Shown: piece after piece, positions 14,237-27,099 of the stretch
Layout: each line of letters begins with the position of its first letter
Numbering within the stretch: position 1 is the first letter of the stretch
DNA from: Octopus vulgaris
Lineage: Eukaryota
NCBI GenBank assembly: GCA_951406725.2
Contig: OX597833.1
Location: 66,464,001 to 66,528,000, forward strand
Length of the DNA stretch: 64,000 nucleotides
Direction of reading: 5' to 3'
Notes under the pieces: model-generated
Seen by the model: only the letters and a program-made list of their open reading frames with translations
What the model was told of the DNA's origin: nothing
The model's database searches: none
Made by a program: the position numbers and the translations under genes

Positions 14237-14570
14237 AATTCCGCCGAGGTCGACGTTGCCCTTCATCCTTTCGTGGTCGATTAAATAAGTACCAGTTAAG
14301 CATTGGGGTCGATGTAATCGACTTGATCCGTTTGTCTGTCCTTGTTTGTCCTCGCTGTGTTTAGCCCCTTGTGGGTAGTAAAGAAATAGGTATTTCGTCT
14401 GTCTACGTTCTGAGTTCAAATTCCGCGGAGGTCGACTTTGCCTTTCATCCTTTCGGGGTCGATTAAATAAGTACCAGTTACGCACTGGGGTCGATGTAAT
14501 CGACTTAATTCCTTTGTCTGTCCTCGTTTGTCCCCTCTATGTTTAGTCCCTTGTGATCAATAAAGAAATA
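14237..14570 (+). mobile_element. SINE family B, 5'-truncated dimer
   Basis: Two units carrying GTCGAC(T/G)TTGCC(T/C)TTCATCCTTTCG..GTCGATTAAATAAGTACCAG, joined at AAAGAAATAG|GTATTTCG. Confidence 0.9.
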
Positions 14571-14620
14571 ACAAACATATACTCATACACACACACACAC
14601 ACACATACACGCACATACAT

Positions 14621-14742
14621 GACGGACTTTTTCACGGCTTCGGTTGGCCCGTGGCAATAGTAGAAAACCCTTGCTCAAAGTGCAACGCGGTGCGACTGAA
14701 CTCAGAACCATGTGCGCGAGAAACAAACAACTTACCACACAG
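14621..14742 (-). mobile_element. SINE family A head, diverged
   Basis: ACTGAACTCAGAACCATGTG..CTTACCACACAGC. Confidence 0.7.
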
Positions 14743-15145
14743 CTAAAGAAACGAACTGCTGCGGTTTCTCTTAGTAAACTTCGAAACTTTGCTGAGGTTT
14801 TTATATCATTGGAGACATCTTTGTTTTATTAGTTTTTGAAAGAAAGTAAGCTTTAAGGGTAAGAAAGACAGAACAAGTGTTTCCAATGACGATATGAGCA
14901 CCTTTGATGAAACCGAAGCTGTGAACAAAGAGTTTTAGTTTTTACTCAAGAAAGCCAAGAAATCTTTTAATGGCATGTCCACACAGACAGAGGCGTTCAA
15001 TAGATATCGACGTAGACGCGCACGGTTTTTATGAATGTACAGATCGATACCCATCAATATAAACATATACTTTAGGACAATTCTGTTGAGATACACACTT
15101 CGGTACACGTCCAGTGGGAGGCGACGAACTGACAGAATCATTACA

Positions 15146-15917
15146 TTAAGGTGGTGAGCATGCCGGGGAAAATGCTTAGCAGTATTTCGTCTGCCGCTAC
15201 GTTCTGAGTTCAAATTCCGCCGAGGTCGACTTTGCCTTTCATCCTTTCGGGGTCGATTAGATAAGTACCAGTTACGCACTGGGGTCGATATAATCGACTT
15301 AATCCGTTTGTCTGTCCTTGTTTGTCCTCTCTGTGTTTAGCCCCTTGTGGGTAGTAAAGAAATAGGTATTTCGTCCGCCGCTACGTTCTGAGTTCAAATT
15401 CCGCCGAGGTCGACTTTGCCTTTCATCCTTTTCGGGGACGATTAAATAAGTACCAGTTACGCACTGGGGTCGATATAATCGTCTTAATCCGTTTGTCTCT
15501 CCTTGTTTGTCTCCTCTGTGTTTAGCCCCTTGTGGGTAGTAAAGAAATAGGTATTTCATCTGCCGCTACGTTCTGAGTTCAACTTCCGCCGAGGTCGACT
15601 TTGCCTTTCATCCTTTCGGGTTCGATTAAATAAGTACCAGTTACGCATTGGGGTCGATATAATCGTCTTAATCCGTTTGTCTCTCCTTGTTTGTCTCCTC
15701 TGTGTTTAGCCCCTTGTGGGTAGTAAAGAAATAGGTATTTCGTCTGCCGCTACGTTCTGAGTTCAAATTCCGCCGAGGTCGACTTTGCCTTTCATCCTTT
15801 CGGGATCGATTAAATAAGAACCAGTTACGCACTGGGGTCGATCTAATCGACTTAATCCGTTTGTTTGTCCTTCTTTGTCCCCTCAGTGTGTAGCTCCTTG
15901 TGGGTTGTAAAGTAATA
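15146..15917 (+). mobile_element. SINE family B head-to-tail tetramer with 12-bp TSD
   Basis: Units start at 15182, 15366, 15551 and 15735 (period 184-185). AGAATCATTACA at 15134-15145 and 15918-15929. Confidence 0.92.
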
Positions 15918-16744
15918 AGAATCATTACAGTGTCGGATGAAACGCCTTGCAGTAATTATTCCGGTATTCTTTTTTTTTTTCTAAATAAAATCTGAGTTCA
16001 AACTCAGCCGAGGTGAATTATGTGTTTCATCGCTGGGGAGGACGATAAATAATGTTCTATCTAAAACAGTGGAATGATGGAATCGTTAGAGCGCCGGACT
16101 ATATCGTCATGAGCTATTTGTTAAGGGTTTTCACATTCTGCGTTCGAGTCTCACTGACGTAAACAATAAGCAAAACAAGAAGAGCAACATGAGAATAATA
16201 ACAACAATAAAAACGAAAGCAATGATTTTTATCTGTTAAAAATTGCTCTTCTTCTTCACTGTGAGCGCTGTCCGCCTGTCATCCATTTTCTTTTGTTTTG
16301 CTCTCTATCTTTGATTGTGCCTCTTTGCTTGTGCCTCTTTGTTTGTGCCTCTTTGTCAATTTGTTTCTCTCATTCTTCTTTTCATTATTTACTTCTCCAA
16401 AGCATCAAAATTTTAAGAACGAAATTAAAAAGAAAAAAAGAGATAAAATGCAAAAATAAAAATGAAAAGATAAAAGGAAACAAAAAAAAAAAATGTAATT
16501 TTCGGGTTAGAATCTTATTTCATTTTCGATATTGTCATTGCTGAAAACCCACAATGACAGCAAGAAGAATAAGAATTCACACAGGCATTTCAACGGTACG
16601 ATAAGAAAGCTTTCCTTTTCAATCTTTCTTTGCCAATGTTTACCTCCGTTTCATATCTCTTCTTACAATACATCTTCACACATATACACAGCATAACGCA
16701 TTCTAAATACACGTACACACACGTACACACACACGCAGACACAC

Positions 16745-16782
<38 letters not shown>

Positions 16783-16846
16783 ACACACACGCACACACAC
16801 ACACACGCACGCACACAAATACACGTGCAAGCATTCTCATTTGCCG

Positions 16847-16905
<59 letters not shown>

Positions 16906-17120
16906 AATCTATCTATCTATCACGCTGTATGTACGTGTGTATACATACAAATACACTAATATAGCTAGCATGGCTATATGTAGTTATATATATAAATATA
17001 TACATACATGCATACACACATATACACACACACACATATATATATATATATATCCGCACACACATGTTCACACATACAGAAACATTGAGACAAAGATGAA
17101 TACATACACAAACAGAAACG

Positions 17121-17185
<65 letters not shown>

Positions 17186-17199
17186 ACACACAATAATAA

Positions 17200-18280
17200 T
17201 TTTGGACTAATGGGTATATGCCGATTAGAGTGTTCAAGAGTTGAATAGAGTACTAGCACTGTTTGGGCAGTTGTGGCATATTTCCGTTGGATCCACTTCA
17301 TGAATTCCGCAGTGTTAGTTGAGATAGTAACAAAAAATAGATTCTTTAGTAACGAGAAGATGGATTTGGTATCATCTTTATATCCAACGGTCGTTTCGAC
17401 CCATCCTCCTAACCCTATTCATCTACGGTCGTAGTTGAATAATATTCTTAAGGCCGCAATTTACTCACACGTTGCATCTCCCAGAGATTGTCGCTAGTGC
17501 AGTTCTAAACCAAAATGAAAACTGTTAGCATTTTTGAAGAAAGCTGGTCCCTAGCTACATTTTGGCATAAATAAATTGAGATTTGACCCAGTAGAAAAAA
17601 GTTTACATCAAAAGTTGTCACAGATAAATTCTGCTATAATATATAACAAATTTTTGTTTTATTCTATTTATTGTACTAACTAATTAAATACTACTATTAT
17701 TTTTTATAACCTATTTTCAAATTTCTGATTATTAATTAATAATAAAAAAAAAATTAAATGGTTTTAAAGTGCAAAAATATTCTAATCGAGTTATTTCTTA
17801 TTTTTAATATAAGTAATAAGTAATAACAAATAGAAGTAATAACTTGTAATAAAATTGTAAGTTTTAATAAAAGCTAAATATTCTAAATCTAAATATTTTA
17901 TTTGAAATTTTATTCTTAGCTGCAAATATTTTAAGTAAAAATTTTCTTTCTCTGTACTTTACCAGATGTAATAAGTCGTCCTGAACTTTTCCAAGTGTAA
18001 TAACTTGTCCTGTAATTTTCCAGATTCATAATCTTCAGAATATTATTTCTCTTGCTCGCATCTTCCCATCTATTAACAACATGACAGCCAAAACTCAGGA
18101 TCTTTAGCGAGTCACAACTTTATGTATGGATGTACCTGATGAGAGACAGACTGCAAAATGGATGCAACACATGTTGAACGGAATCCCACCCACAAGGGAC
18201 CGTAGCAGAATGGGTCGAAACAACCATTGTACAAAATAAATGTTAATACCAAATCCATCTTCTCGTTACTTAAGAAATTA
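17200..18280 (+). mobile_element. Penelope-like insertion with inverted terminal arms and a hammerhead
   Basis: About 17340-17430 is the reverse complement of about 18198-18279 (AGTAACGAGAAGATGGATTTGGTAT..GTTTCGACCCAT). HHR at 18131-18233. Flanked by (CA)n and (TTA)n. Confidence 0.6.
18131..18233 (+). ncRNA. Hammerhead with long stem II region, partly decayed
   Basis: Stem I TGTAC/GTACA; CTGATGA (18136-42); GAAA (18217-20); C-AACC-ATT. The inverted copy reads GAAAC-GACC-GTT, so the ancestral site was probably GUU, decayed at CpGs. Confidence 0.6.
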
Positions 18281-18340
18281 CTATTATTATTATTATTATT
18301 ATTATTGTTGTTGTTGTTGTTGTTGTTGTTGGTGGTGGTG

Positions 18341-18423
<83 letters not shown>

Positions 18424-18424
18424 A

Positions 18425-18630
18425 TATTTTTCTACTCTAGGCACAAGGCCCGATATTTTTGAGGAGGCAGCCAGTCGATTAGATCGAACCCAGTACGCAA
18501 CTCGTACTTAATTCATCGACCACCGAAAGGATGAAAGGCAAAGTCGACTTCGGCGGAATTTGAACTCAGAACGTAGACAGAAGAAATACCGCTAAGCATT
18601 TCGCCCGGCCTGCTAACGTTTCTGCCAGCT
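18425..18630 (-). mobile_element. SINE family B, alternative 3' tail (B2), between (TAA)n and (CTT)n
   Basis: Head AGCTGGCAGAAACGTTAGC, central GCCTTTCATCCTTTCG domain, tail GGGCCTTGTGCCTAGAGTAGAAAAA. Confidence 0.88.
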
Positions 18631-18635
18631 CTTCT

Positions 18636-18667
<32 letters not shown>

Positions 18668-18890
18668 TTCTTCTTCTTCTTCTTCTTCTTCTTCTTCTTC
18701 TTCTTCTTCTTCTTCTTCTTCTTCTTCTTCTTCTTCTTCTTCTTCTTTTGCTTTCATCTCCTCCACCTCCTCCTCCTCCTCCTCCTCCTCCTCCTCCTCC
18801 TCCTCCTCCTTCTTCTTCTTCTTCTTCTTCTTCTACTTCTTCTTCCTCTGCTGTTGCTGCTGCTGCTATATATATATATATATATATATA

Positions 18891-18976
18891 AAGTGTCTTC
18901 TTCTATGCCCCCAGGCCGACCAAAGCCTTGTGAGTGGAGCTGGTAGATAGAAAATGAAACCTATCATACACACACA

Positions 18977-19032
<56 letters not shown>

Positions 19033-19215
19033 TGTAAATATGTATATATATATCTATGTGTGTATGTCTGTGTCTTTGTATTTCTGACTGACCTCTCCCG
19101 GTCTCGCTTGACAACCGGTGTTGGCTCGTCTACTTCCTTGTAACTTGGCGGTTTGGCAAACGAGAACGATGGAATAAAAACCGGACTTCAAAAGTAAATA
19201 ATGTCGTCGATTTGC
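18891..19215 (+). mobile_element. SINE family A, diverged and 5'-truncated
   Basis: AAGTGTCTTC..GCCGACCAAAGCCTTGTGAGTGGA..CGCTTGACAACCGGTG. Confidence 0.75.
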
Positions 19216-19559
19216 TGAACTGCTCATTGTATGAGTGAATCATTATTCAGTTTTATTTCAAGATTTCTTGCCAACAGAGTAAGAGCCGGTTTCTAACCTA
19301 GATCCAAGACTCCTTCATTGGAATTTCAACAGTAACACCAATGTTTTTTTTATGTATGTATGTATGTATGTATGTATGTATGTATGTATGTATGTTTGTA
19401 TGGTATGTATGTATGTATGTATTTATGTATGTATGTATGTATGTATGTATGTATGAATGTATGTATGTATGCATGTATGTTTGTATGGTATGTATGTATG
19501 TATGTATTTATGTATGTATCTATGTATGTATGAATGTATGTATGTATGCATGTATGTAT

Positions 19560-19866
19560 TGTCATGCATATAGTTGCATATCTAGACATGTTCATATATA
19601 TTTAAGTGACAAACTTCTGTCAAATTTTCCAGATTTTTATAGTTCCACTGATGGATTGGATCTGTAGTCTATGAATTAGCTTTCTCTTTTCTTGTCTTGA
19701 GAAACCTACTTTCTCAAGATTAGTATTTAGGCAGTGTGTTACATATCCCTGAGCCCCAATAATTATAGGTATAAACCTAAAGAGATAGTCTGGATAGAGT
19801 AACTGCAGATTTCTCAATAGTTCAGCATAAGTGTTCTCTTTTTCACTCATCTTTAGCTTTAACATA
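19560..19866 (-). mobile_element. 3' end of an RLE-domain non-LTR retrotransposon inside (CATA)n
   Basis: ORF 19620-19865: EKENTYAELLRNL..FIPIIIGAQG..SISGTIKI, i.e. the K..KY-like and PIIIGA.G motifs of RLE LINEs. (TATG)n on both sides. Confidence 0.75.
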
Positions 19867-20354
19867 TGTATTTATGTATGTATGTATGTATGTATGTATG
19901 TATGTATGTATGTATGTATGTATGTATGTATGTATGTATGTATGTATGTATGTATGTATGTATATATGTATGTATATACGTATGTATGTATGTATGTATG
20001 TATGTATGTATGCATGCATGCATGTATGTATGTATGTATGTATGTATGTATTATGTAAGTATGTATGCATGTATGTAAATATGCATGCATGCATGTATGT
20101 ATGTATGTATGTATGTATGTATGTATGTATGTATGTATGTATGTATGTATGTATACATGTATGTATGTGTGTATGAGTGTTATTTACCTCTCTCTCTCTA
20201 TCTATCTATCTATCAGTCTGTCATTGCCTCTCTCTCACTTTCTCAGTATCAATGCGTGAAACTTTCCATCCATCCGCCCACCAATCTCTCCATCCATCCA
20301 TCCAGCCAGCCATCATTTCCCCCTCTCTTTTCTATGTATGTATGCATGTATGTA

Positions 20355-20385
<31 letters not shown>

Positions 20386-20438
20386 ATGTATGTATGTATG
20401 TATGTATGTATCTATCTATCTATCTATCTATCTATCAA

Positions 20439-20508
<70 letters not shown>

Positions 20509-20510
<2 letters not shown>

Positions 20511-20697
20511 GGAGTAAACACATGAATGTGAAACAAGGTAGGAAAAAGAGTACTCAAATACCAGGGGTAGAGTAATATGCTTTATTTCAAAGCAGCAGAA
20601 ATTCAACAAAACCTGTTACTCTGAGTTTCACCCGACGAACGGGAACGTGAAACTCAGAGTCACAGGTCTTGTTGAATTTCTGCTGCTTTTAAATAAA

Positions 20698-20703
<6 letters not shown>
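20509..20703. mobile_element. Asymmetric fold-back insertion in (TA)n with a hammerhead core at the hairpin apex
   Basis: Arms 20575-20631 and 20647-20703 (about 57 bp, about 4 mismatches); unpaired tail 20509-20574. CCGACGA-ACG(ggaa)CGT-GAAAC-TCAGA-GTC-ACAG at 20632-20665. Confidence 0.8.
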
Positions 20704-20738
<35 letters not shown>

Positions 20739-21422
20739 TTTGTGTGTCTATCTTTCTCTGTGCATCTATATATGGATACATCCATTTTCTTTCTTCATAT
20801 CAATCCATCCCCCGTTTTATATATAACTACCTGCCTGTCTGTCAGTCTATCCGGCTGTTTGTCTTCCTACGCAGAGAATAATAGAACTTTATCAAAACTT
20901 TCTGTCGAACAACTAAAATAAACTGAAAGATACTTACGCGTACGCACCAACAAATGCACACGTGTACTAACGTACACAGACAGCCGCACAAACACACGCA
21001 CACATATACACAGAAACACACACACACACACATTTATATATATATATATATACACACCTGTATAAACTATAGACATGCGTAAATAAAGATATAAAAGAGA
21101 AGGTGTACGTCGGTATACATTTGTGTAAACAGGAAACAACCACGAAGTAGTAATACACGCACAAACATAAACAGGATTGTAGAACAAACCACATATAACA
21201 CAAATACGTATGGGTGTATATATGTGTATATATACATGTGTGTGTGTGTGAGTGTATATATGTAAGTATCTATGCAAAAACATTCATAGAACACTAGTGT
21301 TTTTCACTGAGTGGGGAAGACAAGTGTATTAAAACAGAGAAGACGAGCAGAGCTCGTAAGAACACTTATGTATACTAACTTTGAAATGTAGGCAGCTATA
21401 TATAAATCTATATATATATGTG

Positions 21423-21485
<63 letters not shown>

Positions 21486-21555
21486 ATATATATACAAACA
21501 AACATATATATATATAAACACACATGAACATATATATATATATATATATCCACAG

Positions 21556-21635
<80 letters not shown>

Positions 21636-21964
21636 ATGTATACATCTATATTTATATATATGCATGCATAAACATACTGGTATACAAATACAATCATATG
21701 TTCATATATACACTCACACACATGTACACACACTCATACATATATACTTATATAAACTTATGTGTTTTGTTTGTGATTCTATGTAAGTGTATATACATAC
21801 ATACATATACATGTAGATATATATATATATATGTAAATATATATATATATATATATATATCGATATATATAGATATATAATGTTGGAATAATCTTATATA
21901 GACATACGGGGAACAAGAAATACTGACGTGAATGTATATATAATTATAAACTTATTGATAAAGC

Positions 21965-21995
<31 letters not shown>

Positions 21996-22435
21996 GGCGT
22001 ATGCATATCTGTATAGATATATATTTATACATATTTGAAATTATTATACTTAGGACTATATATACACACTCACACACAAACATACACGAGTCTATATAAA
22101 TTTGTATCTCCTACAATATATATTTATATCTATATAACCATCTCGCTGTGGGCACCATATATATTGACATATACATTTATGTATAATACAGAATAATATA
22201 TATACAATATACGTATGTACATATATATATATATATGTATATTTGCATACATACATATTTATATATATTTATACACATACCAAAAATACAAAATATTCCA
22301 ATACACTCAAAGAAAATCTTTAAAATACGAAAATATTCACGCTTGAGTGAACATTTTCATAAAATAAGCTCTGTTTTTTCCCCATCTTCATCTTAATCAT
22401 AATTCTTTTTTTTTGTACATACGTATTTATGTACC

Positions 22436-22517
<82 letters not shown>

Positions 22518-22789
22518 CATACATGTGTCTGTTGCGTTGTTTGCGCTAAAGTTCCTACATTTATTTTTATCAGTTCCACGTTATAAAAACAACATGGCCG
22601 ATTCTTTTTTTTACGGTAACTTTTACAGATTAAGTTCTATATTAATTTAAAAATCAAATATCTCCCCCCCCCCTCAGAAAAGAAAGATAATAATAAGAAA
22701 CCATTAAACAAAACGCGAATAGTAACAACAACAACAAGAACAACAGCAGCAATAGTAATAATAACATACGGAAAATGCGAAATACACAA

Positions 22790-23790
22790 ATGAAAAACCA
22801 CCATCATCATCATCATGGGCATCATCGTCATCATCATAGAGATGATCATTATAACCATGATGATGATGATGATGATAATGATGATCAACATCAGCGTTGT
22901 CGTTGTCATTATTGTAAACCGCGTCGTCGTCGTCGTAGACGTCTTCCTCTCCTTCTCCCTCTCTTCCTCTTCATTGTTGTTGTTGTCGTTGTAGTTGTTG
23001 TTGTTGCTGTTCTTCTTCTTCTCCTCCTTCTTCTTCTTCTTCTTCTTCTTCTCCCCCACCCTCTTCTTCTTTTTCTGTTTCTTCTTCTTCTCCTCCTCCC
23101 CCTCCCTCTTCTTCTTTTTCTGTTTCTTCTTCTTCTCCTCCTCCCCTCCCTCGTCTTCTTTTTCTGTTTCTTCTTCTTCTTCTTCTTCTTCTTCTTCTCC
23201 TCCTCCTTCTTCTTCTTTTTCTGTTTCTTCTTCTTCTTCTTCTTCTTCTTCTTTTTCTTCCTCTTCTTCTTCTTGTTCTTCATCTTCTTGTTCTTCCTCT
23301 TCTTCTTGTTCTTCCTCTTCCTGTTCTTCCTCTCCTTCTTGTTTTTGCCCTCCTTCTCCCCTCCTCCTTCTCCCCTTCCCCTCCTCCTCCTCGTCCTTCA
23401 TCTCTACTTGTTTTTGTTATTGCTCTTCTTCTTCGTTTCTCCTCTTCCGCCTCCTTGTTGTTGTTGTCATCGTTGTCTTCCTCCTCCTTTTCCTCGTTGT
23501 TGTTGTTGTTCTTCTTCTTGCTGTTGCTCTTGTTATTGTGCACGTTCTTTTTTCTTCCTCCTCCTCCTTCTCCAGCCCCTCTTTCTCTTCCTCTTATCCC
23601 ACCTGTTCTCACTTCCTCCTCATCCACTTTCTCTTTCCTCTTCATCTTCTTCCTCCTCTTTCTCTTTCACCTCTTCATCTTCTTCTTTTCCCTCCCCTCT
23701 TCCTACTCCGCCCTCCTCCACTTCATCAGCATCAATCTCATCATCCTCATCATCATAACCACCATCGCCGTTGTCGTTCCTTTTCTCGTC
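22790..23790. repeat. About 1-kb mixed trinucleotide low-complexity tract (CAT/GAT/CTT/CCT/GTT)
   Basis: Direct reading; source of the poly-S/E/L ORFs. Confidence 0.92.
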
Positions 23791-23846
23791 CTCATCATTT
23801 ATTACATACATTACACACACACAGATATGTATATATATATGCACAG

Positions 23847-23899
<53 letters not shown>

Positions 23900-23938
23900 T
23901 GTATGTATATATATATACATATATATACATACATACAT

Positions 23939-23974
<36 letters not shown>

Positions 23975-24266
23975 TATACATATATGCGTATATGTGTGTG
24001 CGCGCGCATGTGTATTTAAGATATGTGTTTTTCTTCATAACCATACAATGTTAGCCTCGCTGTCAAAATGAAACAAATATTTACATTGAAAATAATGTTT
24101 TTATTCTCTTTGATTCCATAAAGTGGGTTCAATCCGACCGGTTTCTTAGCTTCTTAAACTATTATATTCATTGAGAGAGGTGCTAATTACAATATTAAGT
24201 GTGTGTGTGTGTGTGTGCGTATATGTGTGTGTGAATATATCATACGCATATCATATTGTGTAGATA

Positions 24267-24416
24267 TGGCCGTGTGGTAAGAAGATTGCTTCCCAATTAC
24301 GAGGTTCCGGGTTCTGGCTCACTGCCTGGTAACTTGGGTAAGTGTTTTCAACTGGTTCGCGTCGACCAAAGCCTTGTGAGTAGATTTGGTAGACGGAAAC
24401 TGAAAGAAGCCCGTCG
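24267..24416 (+). mobile_element. SINE family A 5' half
   Basis: TGGCCGTGTGGTAAG..GTAGACGGAAACTGAAAGAAGCCCGTCG. Confidence 0.8.
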
Positions 24417-24560
24417 AGGGGTCTATAAACAACAGTAGCGTCGTCCCCTATGTGTCCGCCACACAGTAACAGTCATCTAAAGATGGGAAAATGAAATTAA
24501 GAGGTCATAATTTTAAGATATTGAACTTGAGGGACCACAACTCGGCTACTACAGTCATCT

Positions 24561-24776
24561 ACTCTTTTACTCTTTTACTCTTTTACTTGTTTTAGTCATT
24601 TGACTGCGGCCATGCTGGAGCACCGCCTTTAATCGAGCAACTCGACCCCGGGACTTATTCTTTTTTGTAAGCCCAATACTTATTCTATCGGCCTCTTTTG
24701 CCGAACCGCTAAGTAACGGGGACATAAACACACCAGCATCGGTTGTCAAGCAATGCTAGGGAGACAAACACACACA

Positions 24777-24844
<68 letters not shown>

Positions 24845-25009
24845 TACGACGGGCTTCTTTCAGTTTCCGTCTACCAAATCCACTCACAAGGCTTTGGTCG
24901 GCCTGAGGGTATAGTAGAAGACACTTGCCCAAGGTGCCACGCAGTGGGACTGAACCCGGAACCATGTGGCTATTAAACAAGCTACTTACCACACAGCCAC
25001 TCCTGCGCC
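24561..25009 (-). mobile_element. SINE family A, full length
   Basis: Head GGCGCAGGAGTGGCTGTGTGGTAAG, internal (TA)n, (AAAAGAGT)n tail. Confidence 0.93.
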
Positions 25010-25687
25010 TAATTAGAATGTTTAAAGAAAGGAACGGAAGACGGATTCTTTCAAGCCGAGCCAACCAGCAGACTATCTGGGGTGTAAGCCTAGAAAGAAT
25101 TGATTGGATAATATTCGTAATATCAGCTGGTCACGTTTGGCAATCCAAGCAAGAAGTCTAAAGATGGTTTCTTCTGACAGGACCTCGCGGAGGAGTAAGG
25201 AGAGAAGGAGAGAAGATGGATGTTTGGATAGAAATTTGATAAACAAACTTTATAAAGCAGTAAAGATTTCAGAGTATAGGTGAAAATTCCGTTTTGCTTT
25301 TAAGGAAGAAATTCAACAAAACTTTTTAATTAATATTTTCATTAAAGAAAATTATCTGCAAAACTTTTATACATAATAACATTTTCAATTTTTACTTTGA
25401 GGATTGTGTCAAATAAATAATTTGCATGTGCGTAATCGATAGGATATTATCAAGATCGGTTCCGTATGTGTTATATCGAAGACGTTGCTTAATCACAAAA
25501 GAGCGGTGACAAACAGAAATATATCAAATTAGTAAAATGTGTGAAAACGAATGCATTGGTCTGTCAGGTAGGAAATACTTGATTATAAAGTAACACTAAT
25601 GGCGGATTAAAATTAATTAAGAATAGAAACGAACTAGAAATGCGTTATAGGCTGGAACTGAATACGTAAGACAAAATAATGCTATAG

Positions 25688-25840
25688 TCGCAGGCATGGG
25701 TGATGTGGCTTAGAAGTCTGTTTTCCAGCCACGGACTCTTGGGTTCAATCACACTGTGTGGTACCTGGGGGTTAAATGTCTTCTATTATCACCCCCAGAC
25801 CGACTAATAACTTGGGAGTAAATTTGAAGTCGTCTACCAC
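25688..25840 (+). mobile_element. SINE family A head, strongly diverged
   Basis: GTCGCAGGCATGG..GGGTTCAATCACACTGTGTGGTACCT..TGTCTTCTATTATC..GACCGAC. Confidence 0.6.
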
Positions 25841-25841
25841 A

Positions 25842-26630
<789 letters not shown>

Positions 26631-27099
26631 ATATATATATGTAAGTATATGTATGTAGATATATATATATAGGCTCAGTATATTGATGTCATCTTCGATT
26701 GTAGTACTGTTTTTGTAAATTCTCTTCCTTGTTTGGCATTGGTCGAGTTCTAGATAACGACAGCACCACGGTATCATTAATGAATAAACGAAGTTGTTTA
26801 TCCATTAACAACACCGTGGTAATTACATCTGCAGCGTAGTTATTCAAAGAATTATTGTCAATAAAGCTGAGTTTATGGGGATTAAGAATTTGGAAGACCG
26901 AGACGGGCGGTTATAACATTTTAGAAATTGCTATAGAATGGCTAATAAAATTACTTATGGAGAAGCAAGCGGTACGCTAACTGGGGAAATCAAATCATAG
27001 TGGAAGAGGTTAAATTACTTAAATATGTGTGAGAGATCCTTAATTTCCCAAGTGTTTAATGGGGATCATTCTGGATTAAATTGGCGGCCACTATACCGG

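Noticed and set aside
15146-15917. Regular repeat array as a possible CRISPR
   Set aside because: The 184-bp units are wholly repeated with no unique spacers and no cas genes; the sequence is a eukaryotic SINE.
14231-15925. Recurrent ORFs of the type MRNWYLFNRPRKDERQSRPRRNLNSE
   Set aside because: Antisense translation of SINE B.
21321-21367. Nested hairpin AAGTGT..ACGAGC(aga)GCTCGT..ACACTT
   Set aside because: No ribozyme core on either strand; too short to call.
22637-24071. 250-358 aa ORFs
   Set aside because: Pure low-complexity trinucleotide tract, open on both strands.
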